From NCBI GenBank assembly GCA_018396435.1, contig JAGTRG010000001.1:9659-73658 (forward strand): a stretch of DNA of 64,000 nt, given 5' to 3'. This stretch comes from Candidatus Bathyarchaeota archaeon. Its GTDB lineage: Archaea > Thermoproteota > Bathyarchaeia > Bathyarchaeales > DTEX01. A program made the translations under genes and the position numbers. The notes beneath the pieces were generated by a model. The model searched no databases and was not told the origin of the DNA. It saw only the letters and a list, made by a program, of their open reading frames with translations. Numbering within the stretch: position 1 is the first letter of the stretch; every line of letters begins with the position of its first letter. This document shows, piece after piece, positions 26,127-36,578 of the stretch.

Positions 26127-29100
26127 ATGCTTAAGGCCATTCCCTTTAAAAGAGCATCGTTTTTCTTAGCTCTCTCACTATTTTTAATATTCTTTTTACC
26201 GGTTAGCTCTCACATCGTTCATGCTGAGAGATACGCTGAAATCGCGGAGAGAGCATCCTACTCAATATCGGTATATGTGAAGGCGGTGGACGCCGTAACA
26301 GGGCAGCCAATTCACGATGCAACGCTGATACTTTGGGATCTCAGCACATTTGATAAGCCTCAGCCAGGCGCAGGCATATACTCCACCGATGAAAATGGCG
26401 GATGCGTCATTTTCGGGGATTACTTAAGGATTAAGCATTTCTATTGGCTATATGTTTACAAAGGCAAATTTGAAGAAAAAACCGTTGACTATGTGCCTGT
26501 TAAAAGGGAAATATATCTTGAGAGGCCGGAAAACGTAAGCCTGACGCTGCAGATGGTTCCCGGAGCAATGATCGAGGTTGAGGGGATCCCCTATCTCATT
26601 CAATCCCCAAGCCCGGAAGAGCGCTATATGATCATAACAATTAAGGAGAGATCCGGAACCCTAAATTATTCATTCATTAGGGAATATGGCAACTCACCTG
26701 ACGTCTACATGCTGGGCTTAAATAGAAAAATCATCATTGTTCCGGCAAACACACCCATTGATCTTGAAGTTAAGGTCTGGTTTTTCCTAAGGGAGACAGG
26801 TCGCATAACGGTGAGCAGCGAAATATTTTACATAAATAACAATTCCTTGCCATTAATACTTCCCCAAGGGGGACTTTTATCATCTTTAAAGATTCCAGCA
26901 TACAGCCTTAGGAAGGGGCTTTCGCACATCGAATCGGTATTTGCTGATGTTTCCTCAAAGCTGGATGAAGCCCAAAGAATCGGGTTCACGGTCTTCGATG
27001 AAAGGCGCATACTCACCCGGGTAAGCCAGAGGAAGATTGAAGCCGAATCCTTATTGCAGAGCGCACAAACCGATAAGGATTTCGAGAACATATGGCTGGC
27101 GCTTAGAGAAGCCCTGGGTGAGATGAACTATGTTTATGCGGTGCTGCAAAACAAATACCTAGTCAGCAAGACTAATGCCGTCTATCTCTCGGCGGTGATC
27201 TCAGTTTTCAGCATCGTATTGTCCTCCTTCCTCTTTGAGAGTGAGAAGAAAAAGATACATGTAGGCGTAATATTCTACATCGTCTCAATAGTGATCCTTT
27301 ACTTTATACATCCTGGATCGCATGTGATAATCGACGAAAACTTCATATTATTTCTGCAGTCAGCCTCCATATCCTTCATTGCGGTTTTAGCCATTGTTTT
27401 CGGCATACCGCATGTTTGGAAGGAAAGAACCGTTGAAGGCGAGGTTTCATGGAGAAGCGCCATATCGGTGATCTTCTCCATGGGTAAGCGCCAGATAAGG
27501 CGGAAAAAGATACGCGGTTTCTTCACGATCCTATCAATATGCATCCTCATTTTAGCATTCACTTCGCTCACATCCTTCGGCACAGCCTTCGGCGTTGTCT
27601 CCAGCAAATTAAACGCCGTTCCCCCATCTGAAGGCGTCCTCATAAGGCGGATGATAAACGGTTCATCACTAATTTTTTCACCCCTAGGATACGGCGACAT
27701 AATATCAATTTCGAGAGTCGCATCAATATCTAATGTCGCGCAGAGACTGAAAAACTACCCAAAAAACGAACCCGTGGTTCGCCTTGTAAATCCCAATACT
27801 GGAGCCTTCCACTTTATTTACGGTGTTCTCGCAATATCACCCGCCAATGAATCCATCTACACAAATCTGGATGAGGTTGCTGAGGGGGGATATCTAAGCG
27901 AAGGGGTTGAGAATGAGGTTCTTATAAGCGTAAATGTGGCGAATAAGCTGGGCATTAAAGTAAATGGCAATGTAACCCTAGAAGTTTCCGGCACAACGTT
28001 AAGGAAAAACATGATGGTTAAGGGGCTGATTAACGATGAAGGTTATGAGAGTTTAATAGACGTTGACGGTAACCCTATAGGGCCCTCACGCCTCCTAGAA
28101 GACGGCTCAGCGAGAAGATGCAATAGCACAGAGATAATAGTGACTAATCTGAAGACCGCTGAAAGAATACAGATGGACCTTGATGCCATTTACGGGAGGA
28201 ACGCGCCGCAGTTTGTTTTACCATCAGAAATCCTTTTTCAGTTCAATCCGGAAGTGAACATTGAATCAGCCGTTAAAGAACTAATTTTCCTATTTGGATA
28301 CGACATCTTCGTCTCCCGCAACAATGAGGTCACCTACTACTACATTGGCTCCTACATTGAATTTAAGGGGGTCGCCGAACTTCTCATCCCGATGGTTATG
28401 GTGGTTCTAAACGTCAGCATGGTTATGGTTAACAGCGCATATGAGCGGGGAAAAGAGATCAGGGTGCTCTCAATGCTTGGTTTAAACCCAACGCATATAG
28501 GGCTGACATTTGTGGCTGAGGCAATAGTTATGGGGATGGTCGGCGGCAGCCTAGGCTATTTAGCCGGGCTTGGCTTCTACAGGATCATGATCCTATTCGG
28601 ACATGACCTAATGGTTAGGGAAAAGCTCGAATGGTGGTGGAGCGCCCTAGGCTTCCTCCTAGCCATACTCATCTCAGTGCTCTCAGCTATGAGACCGGCT
28701 GCCATGGCCGTCAGCGCCTACACCCCGTCAAGAGTGAGGAAGGTTAAAAGATCTGAGGAGGAAAAGAAGAAACGTAAGGAGGAAATATTCAAGGTTTATC
28801 ATGCCAGAGAACTCACCATGCCTGTGAAGGTGCTTACAAGCGAGAAGGATTTCTTCCTAAGCTTCTTCTTCGATCGCCTAGATGAGCTGAGGACAGGCTA
28901 CACTGAGAGGGTGGAAAACATGGAGGATATCCCCGAGATTGAAAATGTTAAGGGTGAGGTTGTAAAAACAATAAAGTTCATTTACTATTTCGGCCCGCCG
29001 GAGCGTAGGAGAGGGACGAAGAACAGCCTTGTTTTGATAAAGAGCCCATACGAAGATTACTACAGGGTTAAATTAATTTCTGAGCCGGCCGCCCCAGGGA

Positions 29101-29195
29101 TCCCAGAGAGCGCGGTGGACAGAACCGTTGACTTTGTCCACGATATAATGATGTTTTGGGCTAAAGATAAAAAGAGGATTATGGGCATCCCATAG
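26127..29195 (+). CDS. Large membrane protein: secreted Ig-like/CarboxypepD_reg-like domain, multi-TM region, MacB/FtsX-like permease module and an unknown cytoplasmic C-terminal domain
   Basis: Signal/TM N-terminus. SVYVKAVDAVTGQPIHDATLILWD beta-sandwich motif. FtsX-like TM bundle LSMLGLNPTHIGLTFVAEAIVMGMVGGSLGYLAGLG. A KRSEEEKKKRKEE linker precedes a ~170-aa tail. Confidence 0.5.
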   Translation: MLKAIPFKRASFFLALSLFLIFFLPVSSHIVHAERYAEIAERASYSISVYVKAVDAVTGQPIHDATLILWDLSTFDKPQPGAGIYSTDENGGCVIFGDYLRIKHFYWLYVYKGKFEEKTVDYVPVKREIYLERPENVSLTLQMVPGAMIEVEGIPYLIQSPSPEERYMIITIKERSGTLNYSFIREYGNSPDVYMLGLNRKIIIVPANTPIDLEVKVWFFLRETGRITVSSEIFYINNNSLPLILPQGGLLSSLKIPAYSLRKGLSHIESVFADVSSKLDEAQRIGFTVFDERRILTRVSQRKIEAESLLQSAQTDKDFENIWLALREALGEMNYVYAVLQNKYLVSKTNAVYLSAVISVFSIVLSSFLFESEKKKIHVGVIFYIVSIVILYFIHPGSHVIIDENFILFLQSASISFIAVLAIVFGIPHVWKERTVEGEVSWRSAISVIFSMGKRQIRRKKIRGFFTILSICILILAFTSLTSFGTAFGVVSSKLNAVPPSEGVLIRRMINGSSLIFSPLGYGDIISISRVASISNVAQRLKNYPKNEPVVRLVNPNTGAFHFIYGVLAISPANESIYTNLDEVAEGGYLSEGVENEVLISVNVANKLGIKVNGNVTLEVSGTTLRKNMMVKGLINDEGYESLIDVDGNPIGPSRLLEDGSARRCNSTEIIVTNLKTAERIQMDLDAIYGRNAPQFVLPSEILFQFNPEVNIESAVKELIFLFGYDIFVSRNNEVTYYYIGSYIEFKGVAELLIPMVMVVLNVSMVMVNSAYERGKEIRVLSMLGLNPTHIGLTFVAEAIVMGMVGGSLGYLAGLGFYRIMILFGHDLMVREKLEWWWSALGFLLAILISVLSAMRPAAMAVSAYTPSRVRKVKRSEEEKKKRKEEIFKVYHARELTMPVKVLTSEKDFFLSFFFDRLDELRTGYTERVENMEDIPEIENVKGEVVKTIKFIYYFGPPERRRGTKNSLVLIKSPYEDYYRVKLISEPAAPGIPESAVDRTVDFVHDIMMFWAKDKKRIMGIP

Positions 29196-29286
29196 TCTTC
29201 TACGCCTAGAAGCGAGGGCGAAAAGAAAAAGTTTATCTTATTAAAAGCGCTTAAAGACATGATCACCCTATGGGAGATGCCTCTAG

Positions 29287-29766
29287 TTGACTTCGAAAAA
29301 CGATGTTGAAGCCTTTATTAGAAGGCAGATTGAGATCGAGAGGGAAATTGTTGCATCGCTAAATGAAGGGTTAGCCGACATAGACAACCCCGCAGTTAGG
29401 GAAGTTTTAAAAGGAATCTCACTGGACTCCACGAAGCATGCGGGAATGTACTCAGCCGCCCTGGACCTTATGACTAAAACGCCTAAAGCATTAACTCAGG
29501 AGCAGCTGGATAGGCAGGTGGCGCTTGTGGAGAGGCATATACGCATGGAGGCTGAGCTGATAAAGAGAATAAGCGAAACGCTCCCATCAATAGAAGAAGA
29601 GAAGATTAGATTTCTTCTGAGCGCAATATTAGAGGATGAGAAAAGGCATCATGAACTCCTAAAAAGGGTTCTTGAAATCATAGTTAAAGGCGAAACAATA
29701 ATGGATAAAGACCTATGGGACATAATCTGGCGGAATGTTCCAATGCATGGTTCGCCTGGCGGATGA
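29287..29766 (+). CDS. Ferritin-like/rubrerythrin-like four-helix-bundle protein
   Basis: Two-fold helical repeat with LDSTKH and EDEKRHHELL (ExxH-like). TTG start. Confidence 0.4.
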   Translation: MTSKNDVEAFIRRQIEIEREIVASLNEGLADIDNPAVREVLKGISLDSTKHAGMYSAALDLMTKTPKALTQEQLDRQVALVERHIRMEAELIKRISETLPSIEEEKIRFLLSAILEDEKRHHELLKRVLEIIVKGETIMDKDLWDIIWRNVPMHGSPGG

Positions 29767-29927
29767 AAAATATAAGGGCGAATACCGCTTATACCATGCG
29801 ATGCAATAAATTCAATATCTAGGCTAGTAAGGCTAAGGATATAGAAGGCTCCTGTCAGCATTCTGCTAGATGCGCAGCTGATCGTGGAAAGCGGCTAGAA
29901 ATACAATCCTTAATTAATGCGAAAACC

Positions 29928-31112
29928 CTAAGTTAATCCGTGCTTTCTATGCCTTTCTGAGATCGCACTTGCAAGCCTGTCTAAGGCTCTGAAAGCATCC
30001 TCCCTTGGATAGCCCTTGACGAGAACCGGCTCAAGAAACTCAACCTTTAGAGGCGAGAGTATTTGGGCTATTTGCTGCGTCACTGTTGTACCCCAACCGT
30101 AAGAGCCTATAACTGATGCAAACATGGCTTTAGGTCTCAATGCACTTAGGAGATGAGCGGCATAAAGGATGTTTGGATGAGGCCCGCCTAGAACCGTTGG
30201 TGCGCCTATGACAACTGTGGCTGCATCAACAAGCGCCATAGCCAGCTTCCCAATATCCGTCCTGGAAAGGTTAAATTGCTGAACCTTCACGCCTCTCTCC
30301 ACAAGCGCTGAAACAAAATAGTCAACAATCGCTTTGGTGCTTCCATGCATTGATACATATGGCAGGACGACTAGGTTCCTCGGTGGGCTGAAAACCCAGT
30401 CTCTGTAGGCTTCAAGTATGAAGCCGGGCTTATGATACGCTGGACCATGGCTCGGTGCAATCACATCGATCCTCAATCCCTTCAATTTTTCCAGGTTCCT
30501 CTGAATTATGTTTCTGAAGGGCATCATTATTTCAGCGTAGTATCTTTTAGCAGCCTCATATACCGCCGCCTCATCGACAGCATATAGGTCTGAGGTTGCA
30601 AGGTGGGAGCCGAAGAGGTCGCATGGGAAAAGCACAGCGTCCTCCCGCAGGTAAGTCAGCATAGTTTCAGGCCAATGGACCCATGGGAAATGGATGAACT
30701 CAAGCGTCTTATCGCCCAAAGAGATTTTTTCACCATCTCCGACGGGTTGCACTTTATCCCCGGGGATCATAAGTAAATCCGCAAGCATATCTCTGCATCT
30801 AAGCGTAGCGATAACTTTGGCATCCGGATATAAATCTAATATCGCTGGGAGGCTTCCTGAATGATCCTGCTCGGCGTGATTGGCAATAATATAGTCTATG
30901 CGCTTAACACCTAAATCCCTCAGATTTTTAACCAGAACATCAGTCATCGTCGGATCAACGGTGTCTATTAGCGCCGTCTTCTCGCCTCCCATAACCAGAT
31001 AGGCATTATAGCTTGTTCCATCTGGAAGAGGGATCAACTCGTCGAAGAGCCTTCTATCCCAATCAACCGCACCAACCCAGTAGATCCCATCCTTCAAAGC
31101 GCGGGGCTTCAT
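29928..31112 (-). CDS. fprA: Flavodiiron protein (FprA-type O2/NO reductase)
   Basis: Metallo-beta-lactamase-like diiron site ANHAEQDHSGSLP plus a C-terminal flavodoxin domain. Confidence 0.88.
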   Translation of the reverse strand: MKPRALKDGIYWVGAVDWDRRLFDELIPLPDGTSYNAYLVMGGEKTALIDTVDPTMTDVLVKNLRDLGVKRIDYIIANHAEQDHSGSLPAILDLYPDAKVIATLRCRDMLADLLMIPGDKVQPVGDGEKISLGDKTLEFIHFPWVHWPETMLTYLREDAVLFPCDLFGSHLATSDLYAVDEAAVYEAAKRYYAEIMMPFRNIIQRNLEKLKGLRIDVIAPSHGPAYHKPGFILEAYRDWVFSPPRNLVVLPYVSMHGSTKAIVDYFVSALVERGVKVQQFNLSRTDIGKLAMALVDAATVVIGAPTVLGGPHPNILYAAHLLSALRPKAMFASVIGSYGWGTTVTQQIAQILSPLKVEFLEPVLVKGYPREDAFRALDRLASAISERHRKHGLT

Positions 31113-31113
31113 T

Positions 31114-31278
31114 CTATTTGACCACCACCCTGAACATGTTTTTCGGGGCTCCGCAAACGGGACAAACCCAATCGTCTGGTAAATCCCCGAAGTCTATTCC
31201 AGGAGGAATCTTACGGGTTTCATCGCCAAACTCAGGGTCATATATGTATCCGCAAACTTTACAAACCCATTTACCCAT
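31114..31278 (-). CDS. rd: Rubredoxin
   Basis: [16 protein letters not shown]...[12 protein letters not shown]. Its stop is 1 nt from the fprA ATG. Confidence 0.9.
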   Translation of the reverse strand: MGKWVCKVCGYIYDPEFGDETRKIPPGIDFGDLPDDWVCPVCGAPKNMFRVVVK

Positions 31279-31342
31279 TAATTTCCCCTTGAAGAATAAT
31301 TTCAAGGGCAAGTTTATCTTAAATGTTTTGTGGCTGAAGATC

Positions 31343-32110
31343 ATGCGGAAAATAGAAATAACAACCATGAGCGATCTGCCTGAGAAGATTGAAAGCATAA
31401 GGGTTAGCCTAGAGAGGATTTACGGCGCGAAGTTAAACGTTGAATTCAGCGCTCTACCGGTCAGATCGCTTTGTCCAACAGAGGAATTTTTAGAGAAGGA
31501 TAAGCTTGCCCTAATCCTAATGAAGATTTTAAATGAAGGATACAAGGTTCCAATAATAACCGTGAGAAAGGGCGGAAGCTACTACATTCTAGATGGGCAT
31601 CATAGGTCATATGTACTGCTGAAGATGATGGAAGAGAAAACCGAATCATATGTAGTGCGTTTCCCAGATGAGGTGAGCTATAGGGCTCCGCAAAAACGCC
31701 CACTGGAGGATCTGCCGATACTTGATGTTGCGCCAATCGAGGATTCAATCCTCAAGGCTTGGAGTCAAATAATCACGTTGCTAAAGTATTACGAGGCAAT
31801 TTATGGGGCGCCGTTTTATTTGAAGATTGAGGATGCGCCCATAAGTGATGTTGTTCCAACGCAGCCTCAAGTGGGCGGCAAACAGGTTTCGTCCATAAAC
31901 AAGATACTTGTTCCAATAGTATGCCTTAAACGTCATGGGAAATATTACATTCTGGATGGGCATGCAAGGGCCTTGAAAGCTAAGCAAATGGGCTTAAGCT
32001 GCATCAGATCCGTTGTTTTAACCTCCATTGTGGATGTTGATTATGGCATAATTAGAACAGTTAATGCAGTCGGGCTTAGAAGCCTTGACGATATAAGCAT
32101 CGTGGAATGA
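31343..32110 (+). CDS. Tandem ParB/sulfiredoxin-fold domain protein (possibly SerK-like)
   Basis: Two copies of the ParB-N core: [22 protein letters not shown] and [22 protein letters not shown]. The start at MRKIEI is chosen because the upstream 110 codons are antisense to fprA/rubredoxin. Confidence 0.6.
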   Translation: MRKIEITTMSDLPEKIESIRVSLERIYGAKLNVEFSALPVRSLCPTEEFLEKDKLALILMKILNEGYKVPIITVRKGGSYYILDGHHRSYVLLKMMEEKTESYVVRFPDEVSYRAPQKRPLEDLPILDVAPIEDSILKAWSQIITLLKYYEAIYGAPFYLKIEDAPISDVVPTQPQVGGKQVSSINKILVPIVCLKRHGKYYILDGHARALKAKQMGLSCIRSVVLTSIVDVDYGIIRTVNAVGLRSLDDISIVE

Positions 32111-32183
32111 AAATCTTAATGTTTATTTACATCAATATTTTTATTTTTAATGTAATCGACTCTTTTAGAGAGCTGGTTTTAAT

Positions 32184-33215
32184 ATGGGTGTTGACCTAGG
32201 CGATCTGGTTCCTAAAACGCCTACAGACCTAAGTAACCTCAGCGGTAAAATCGTAGCCATAGACGCCTACAATGCGCTTTATCAGTTTCTTGCAATAATC
32301 AGGCAGCCCGACGGAACCCCGCTTATGGATCACGCTGGAAGAATCACAAGCCACTTAAGCGGCCTATTCTATAGGACGTGCAACCTGCTTGAGATGGGAA
32401 TAAAACCCGTATATGTTTTTGACGGAACCCCGCCTGCCCTTAAGGAGGCAGAAATAAAACGTAGGATGAAAGTTAAGGAGGAAGCCGTAAAAAAGTATGA
32501 GATGGCCCTTAAGGAGGGAAAAATTGAGGAGGCAAGGATGTACGCGCAGATGACATCGCATTTAAAGGATTACATGGCTGATGACTCAAAGCGCCTATTA
32601 GCATTCATGGGCGTACCATGGGTTCAAGCCCCCTCGGAGGGTGAGGCTCAGGCGGCGCATCTGGCGAAAAAGGGTGATGCAAACTTCTGCGCCAGCCAGG
32701 ACTACGATAGCTTACTTTTCGGAGCGCCCCATCTGCTTAGGAATCTAACAATATCTGGAAGGAGAAAGCTCCCGAGAAAAGATGTTTACGTTGAGGTTGT
32801 CCCGGAGATAGTCGAGCTCAAACGTATTATTAAGGAGCTTGACATAACGCATGAGCAGCTCATAGACATAGGCATACTCATCGGGACAGACTTCAATCCG
32901 GATGGAGTTAAGGGTATAGGTCCTAAGAGCGCCCTGAAAATCATTAAAACATATGGCAGCCTAGAAGCCGCCTTACCCGTGCTGAAAAACGCGGAGTTCC
33001 CGGTTGATCCGGTTAAGATCAAGGAGATTTTCCTCCATCCAAACGTTACGGACTCCTATAAGCTTGTTTGGAAGGAGCCGGATGTTAAAGGCGTTATAAA
33101 TTTCCTTTGCGGTGAAAAAGATTTCTCTGAGGATCGTGTGCGCAAAGCCCTTGAGAAAGCAATTGAGGGCATGAGGAGGGCTAGAGCCAAAAGGACCCTT
33201 GAGGCATGGTTCTAA
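32184..33215 (+). CDS. fen1: Flap endonuclease 1
   Basis: MGVDLGDL...IAIDAYNALYQFL...VFDG...SEGEAQAA...SQDYDSLLFG...GIGPKSA. Confidence 0.93.
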   Translation: MGVDLGDLVPKTPTDLSNLSGKIVAIDAYNALYQFLAIIRQPDGTPLMDHAGRITSHLSGLFYRTCNLLEMGIKPVYVFDGTPPALKEAEIKRRMKVKEEAVKKYEMALKEGKIEEARMYAQMTSHLKDYMADDSKRLLAFMGVPWVQAPSEGEAQAAHLAKKGDANFCASQDYDSLLFGAPHLLRNLTISGRRKLPRKDVYVEVVPEIVELKRIIKELDITHEQLIDIGILIGTDFNPDGVKGIGPKSALKIIKTYGSLEAALPVLKNAEFPVDPVKIKEIFLHPNVTDSYKLVWKEPDVKGVINFLCGEKDFSEDRVRKALEKAIEGMRRARAKRTLEAWF

Positions 33216-33315
33216 AAAAATGGAATGAGCGGCACAGTTAAGTACTAGTTTGAAAAATTAATCAATCCAGCGCTTAAAATGTGGCCGGGGTTTTAAGGGA
33301 AGAGGATGGAGGCGC

Positions 33316-34824
33316 ATGGATCTACGTGAAAATGAAAGAAAAGTTCTGCTTGCATTAAAGAAGGCTAATGGAAGGGCAAGCATAGATGAAATCACTGATT
33401 CAAGCGGCTTAGCGCATGTGGCAGTCATGCGGGCAGCCCTATCCTTGGAAGCCAAGAAGATGGTGAAGATTCACGAAAGGAGCATCACAAGGATTTCTCT
33501 AAATGAGGAGGGGAAGAAATATGCTGAAGATAAGTTGCCCGAGAGACGTTTAGTCGAAATCTTAATGAGCATGGGCGGTGAGGCGCCGATTAAATCCCTC
33601 CTAGAAGCGGCATCCATCGATGGCGAGATGAGCGCCATAGCGCTAGGATGGCTTGCACGCAAGGGATGGGCGAGGATAGACTCTAAGGAGCAGAAGGTTA
33701 GGCTCCTAAGGGAACCGGAGACAGGGGCGGATGAGAAGATTCTTACAATGCTTAATATGGCTGGAACATTAATCCTCGAGGATTTAAGCGGCGAACTGAG
33801 GGAAGCCTTCAAGATGCTTAAAGGGAGAAAGATAGTTGAGGCGCATGAGGAAACCATCAGGGATCTGGAGCTGAACGATGAAGGCTGGAGGCTGCTGGAG
33901 AAGGGCGTAGAGGTTATTGAGGAGGTAACGCAGCTAACGCCTGAGCTGATTATAACTGGAAAATGGCGTGAGAAGAAGATCCTAAAATATGATATTAAGG
34001 CTCCGGCGCCCAGAACATGGCCCGGTAAGAAGCACCCCTACCTGAGATTTCTGGATGAGATGGGGGAAAAGCTGATCGCCTTAGGCTTCAAAGAGATGAG
34101 GGGCCCAATAGTTGAGGTGAGCTTCTTCAACTGCGATGGGCTCTATATGCCTCAGGATCACCCGGCTAGGGAGATACACGACATGTATCTGATTAAGGAG
34201 CCTGAATACGGCGACCTAACGCCCTATAGAAGATTTCTTGATCAGGTGAAGGAAACCCATGAGTGCGGGTGGAAATCCGGCTCGAAAGGTTGGGGATACA
34301 AGTTTTCGCTCCTTATGGCTGCCAGACTGATGCTGCGCAGCCACACAACAGCAGTCAGCGTGAGAACTCTTATAAGTGACGATCTGGAGATACCTGGAAA
34401 ATACTTCGCCATAGCCAGATGCTACCGCCCCGAGTTCGTTGACAGAACCCATCTAAGCGAGTTTAACCAGGTTGAGGGCATAGTTGTCGGCGAGGATCTG
34501 ACTTTACAGGATCTCCTCGGAATACTTGAGCGTTTCGCCATAGATATGGCTGGCGCAGACAAGGTTAAGTTCAGGCCCGATTACTTCCCATTCACCGAAC
34601 CCAGCGTTGAATTATCCGCTTACAAAAAGGGCTACGGCTGGATGGAGTTTGGGGGCTCCGGAATATTCCGCCCTGAAGTAACACTGCCCCTTGGAATCAA
34701 CGTTCCAGTTTTAGCCTGGGGTTTAGGTGTAGACCGCCTATTCATGATGAGGGCTGGGATCAGCGATATACGCTACTTATTCACTCAGGATTTAGATTGG
34801 CTTAGGCGTAAGGGGATGGTATAA
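33316..34824 (+). CDS. pheS: Phenylalanine--tRNA ligase alpha subunit
   Basis: HPAREIHDMY, class II motifs FRPDYFPFTEPS and GSGIFRPEV. Confidence 0.92.
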   Translation: MDLRENERKVLLALKKANGRASIDEITDSSGLAHVAVMRAALSLEAKKMVKIHERSITRISLNEEGKKYAEDKLPERRLVEILMSMGGEAPIKSLLEAASIDGEMSAIALGWLARKGWARIDSKEQKVRLLREPETGADEKILTMLNMAGTLILEDLSGELREAFKMLKGRKIVEAHEETIRDLELNDEGWRLLEKGVEVIEEVTQLTPELIITGKWREKKILKYDIKAPAPRTWPGKKHPYLRFLDEMGEKLIALGFKEMRGPIVEVSFFNCDGLYMPQDHPAREIHDMYLIKEPEYGDLTPYRRFLDQVKETHECGWKSGSKGWGYKFSLLMAARLMLRSHTTAVSVRTLISDDLEIPGKYFAIARCYRPEFVDRTHLSEFNQVEGIVVGEDLTLQDLLGILERFAIDMAGADKVKFRPDYFPFTEPSVELSAYKKGYGWMEFGGSGIFRPEVTLPLGINVPVLAWGLGVDRLFMMRAGISDIRYLFTQDLDWLRRKGMV

Positions 34825-34825
34825 T

Positions 34826-36523
34826 ATGCCGACAATTGAAGTTGAACGTGAAGACTTGGAGATGCTCTTAGGCTTACATCTTCCAATAGATATGGAAGAA
34901 CTAAACGAGGTCTTCTCCTTCATAAAGGGAGAGGTGAAATACGCCGGTGAAAAGGAGATTCACATAGATATTAAAGACAGCAACCGCGCCGACATATGGG
35001 GTGTTGAGGGCATAGCGCGAGCCCTACGGGGAATACTTGGCATAGAAAGGGGACTTAAACAATACGGGCTGTCAGGAGAGCTGGGCATTAATGTGTTGGT
35101 TGATCAGCGCCTGAGGAATATACGCCCCTACATTGCATGCGCGGTTGTTAAGGGCGTTAGGCTAAGCGACGCAGCCATACGTCACATAATGCGTTTCCAG
35201 GACAAAATGGATCAGACATATGGGCGTGGCAGACGAAGAACATCAATTGGACTTTACGACTTCGATTTAATAACGCCTCCATTACGCTACACGGTTTCTA
35301 AACCCGATGAAACTAGGTTTATTCCATTAGGCTTTGACGAGGAGTTGACGTTAAGGGAGATTCTTAAGGTGCACCCTAAGGGCATAATGTATGGGCATAT
35401 AGTTGAACCCTACGATGTTTGGCCGATCCTCATAGAATCAAAAGATAAGGTCCTTTCCTTTCCGCCAATAATTAATTCAAACGATCTGGGGAGATTAACA
35501 GTTGAAACAAGAAATGTTCTTGTTGAAGTAACTGGAACGGTCTATAGCACAGTGCTATACACATTAACAAATATGATCTTGGCGTTAGCCGACCGGGGTG
35601 GAGAAATATACCCCGTTGAAATCCATTACCCATATGCTGATCTGGGGTGCGTCAGAACCCCAAACCTTGAGAACGAGAAGATGGAGCTTAACATTCAATA
35701 TGTTCGGAAAATCATAGGTATACAGTTAAGCCTTCAAGAAGTCATCGATCTCCTGGAAAGATCAAGATACGGTGTTTCCAAAATCTTGAATGAAGACACT
35801 CTTATTGTTGAGATACCGTGCTACCGTCCAGATATTATGCATCCAATTGATATAGTGGAGGATATAGCCATAGCCTACGATTTAAACAAGATGCAGCCAA
35901 GATGGCCGCGAATATCCACAGTCGGCGGGCTGAATCGAGAATCTTCGCTCCGCAACTTAGTTAGGGAAATCATGGTTGGCTTAGGCTATCAGGAAGTTTT
36001 AACTTTCACATTAAGCAACCCGGAAGCCCTCTTTGAAAAGATGAATATTCCATCGGAGAAGGTTGTTGAGCTAGCGAACCCGAAGGTTTCATCAATGACT
36101 TGTCTCAGAAATTGGCTTCTTCCAAACCTGATGGAATTTCTAAGCCATAACACGCATGTTGAATATCCTCAGAGGATTTTTGAGGTTGGCTACTGCGTTG
36201 TGCATGATGAGGAGCAAATAAATAAGGCGAGAGATTTGGAAAAGCTGGCATGCGTAACAATACATTCAAGCGCATGCTTCTCAGAGGCTAAATCCGTTCT
36301 CGACGCATTATTCACCAATCTGGAGCTGGAATACAGCCTGGAGGAGACAAGCCACGGAAGCTTCATTGATGGAAGAGCTGGAAAAATAATTGTCGAGGGG
36401 GAGAAAGCGGGATTAATAGGCGAGATACATCCGCAAGTTCTTCAAAACTGGAATCTGGAAAATCCAGCGGCAGCATTCGAGATAGAACTCGACAAAATTT
36501 GGCAGCGCCTTAAGAGTGGATGA
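34826..36523 (+). CDS. pheT: Phenylalanine--tRNA ligase beta subunit
   Basis: MPTIEVEREDLEMLLG B3/4-type N-terminus. It directly follows pheS. 565 aa. Confidence 0.9.
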   Translation: MPTIEVEREDLEMLLGLHLPIDMEELNEVFSFIKGEVKYAGEKEIHIDIKDSNRADIWGVEGIARALRGILGIERGLKQYGLSGELGINVLVDQRLRNIRPYIACAVVKGVRLSDAAIRHIMRFQDKMDQTYGRGRRRTSIGLYDFDLITPPLRYTVSKPDETRFIPLGFDEELTLREILKVHPKGIMYGHIVEPYDVWPILIESKDKVLSFPPIINSNDLGRLTVETRNVLVEVTGTVYSTVLYTLTNMILALADRGGEIYPVEIHYPYADLGCVRTPNLENEKMELNIQYVRKIIGIQLSLQEVIDLLERSRYGVSKILNEDTLIVEIPCYRPDIMHPIDIVEDIAIAYDLNKMQPRWPRISTVGGLNRESSLRNLVREIMVGLGYQEVLTFTLSNPEALFEKMNIPSEKVVELANPKVSSMTCLRNWLLPNLMEFLSHNTHVEYPQRIFEVGYCVVHDEEQINKARDLEKLACVTIHSSACFSEAKSVLDALFTNLELEYSLEETSHGSFIDGRAGKIIVEGEKAGLIGEIHPQVLQNWNLENPAAAFEIELDKIWQRLKSG

Positions 36524-36578
36524 ACCGTCCGCAACAATATTTATATTTTATCTTAGGTCATTTCAAGCATGATTAAGC

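Noticed and set aside
29277-29300. An out-of-frame ATG (29277) upstream of the ferritin-like gene that would join its frame if the A5 run (29296-29300) were A4.
   Set aside because: Unlike top6B and idi2, an in-frame TTG start (29287) already accounts for the whole recognisable protein. No conserved sequence is stranded upstream, so no frame anomaly needs to be invoked.
31013-31342. The 110-codon N-terminal extension of the ParB/Srx ORF, as listed in the ORF track (31013..32110).
   Set aside because: The extension is low-complexity sequence (PSRSHPSKRG..., [14 protein letters not shown]). It is antisense to the strongly supported fprA start and the whole rubredoxin gene. The ATG at 31343 gives a sensible ParB-domain N-terminus and a 64-bp divergent spacer.
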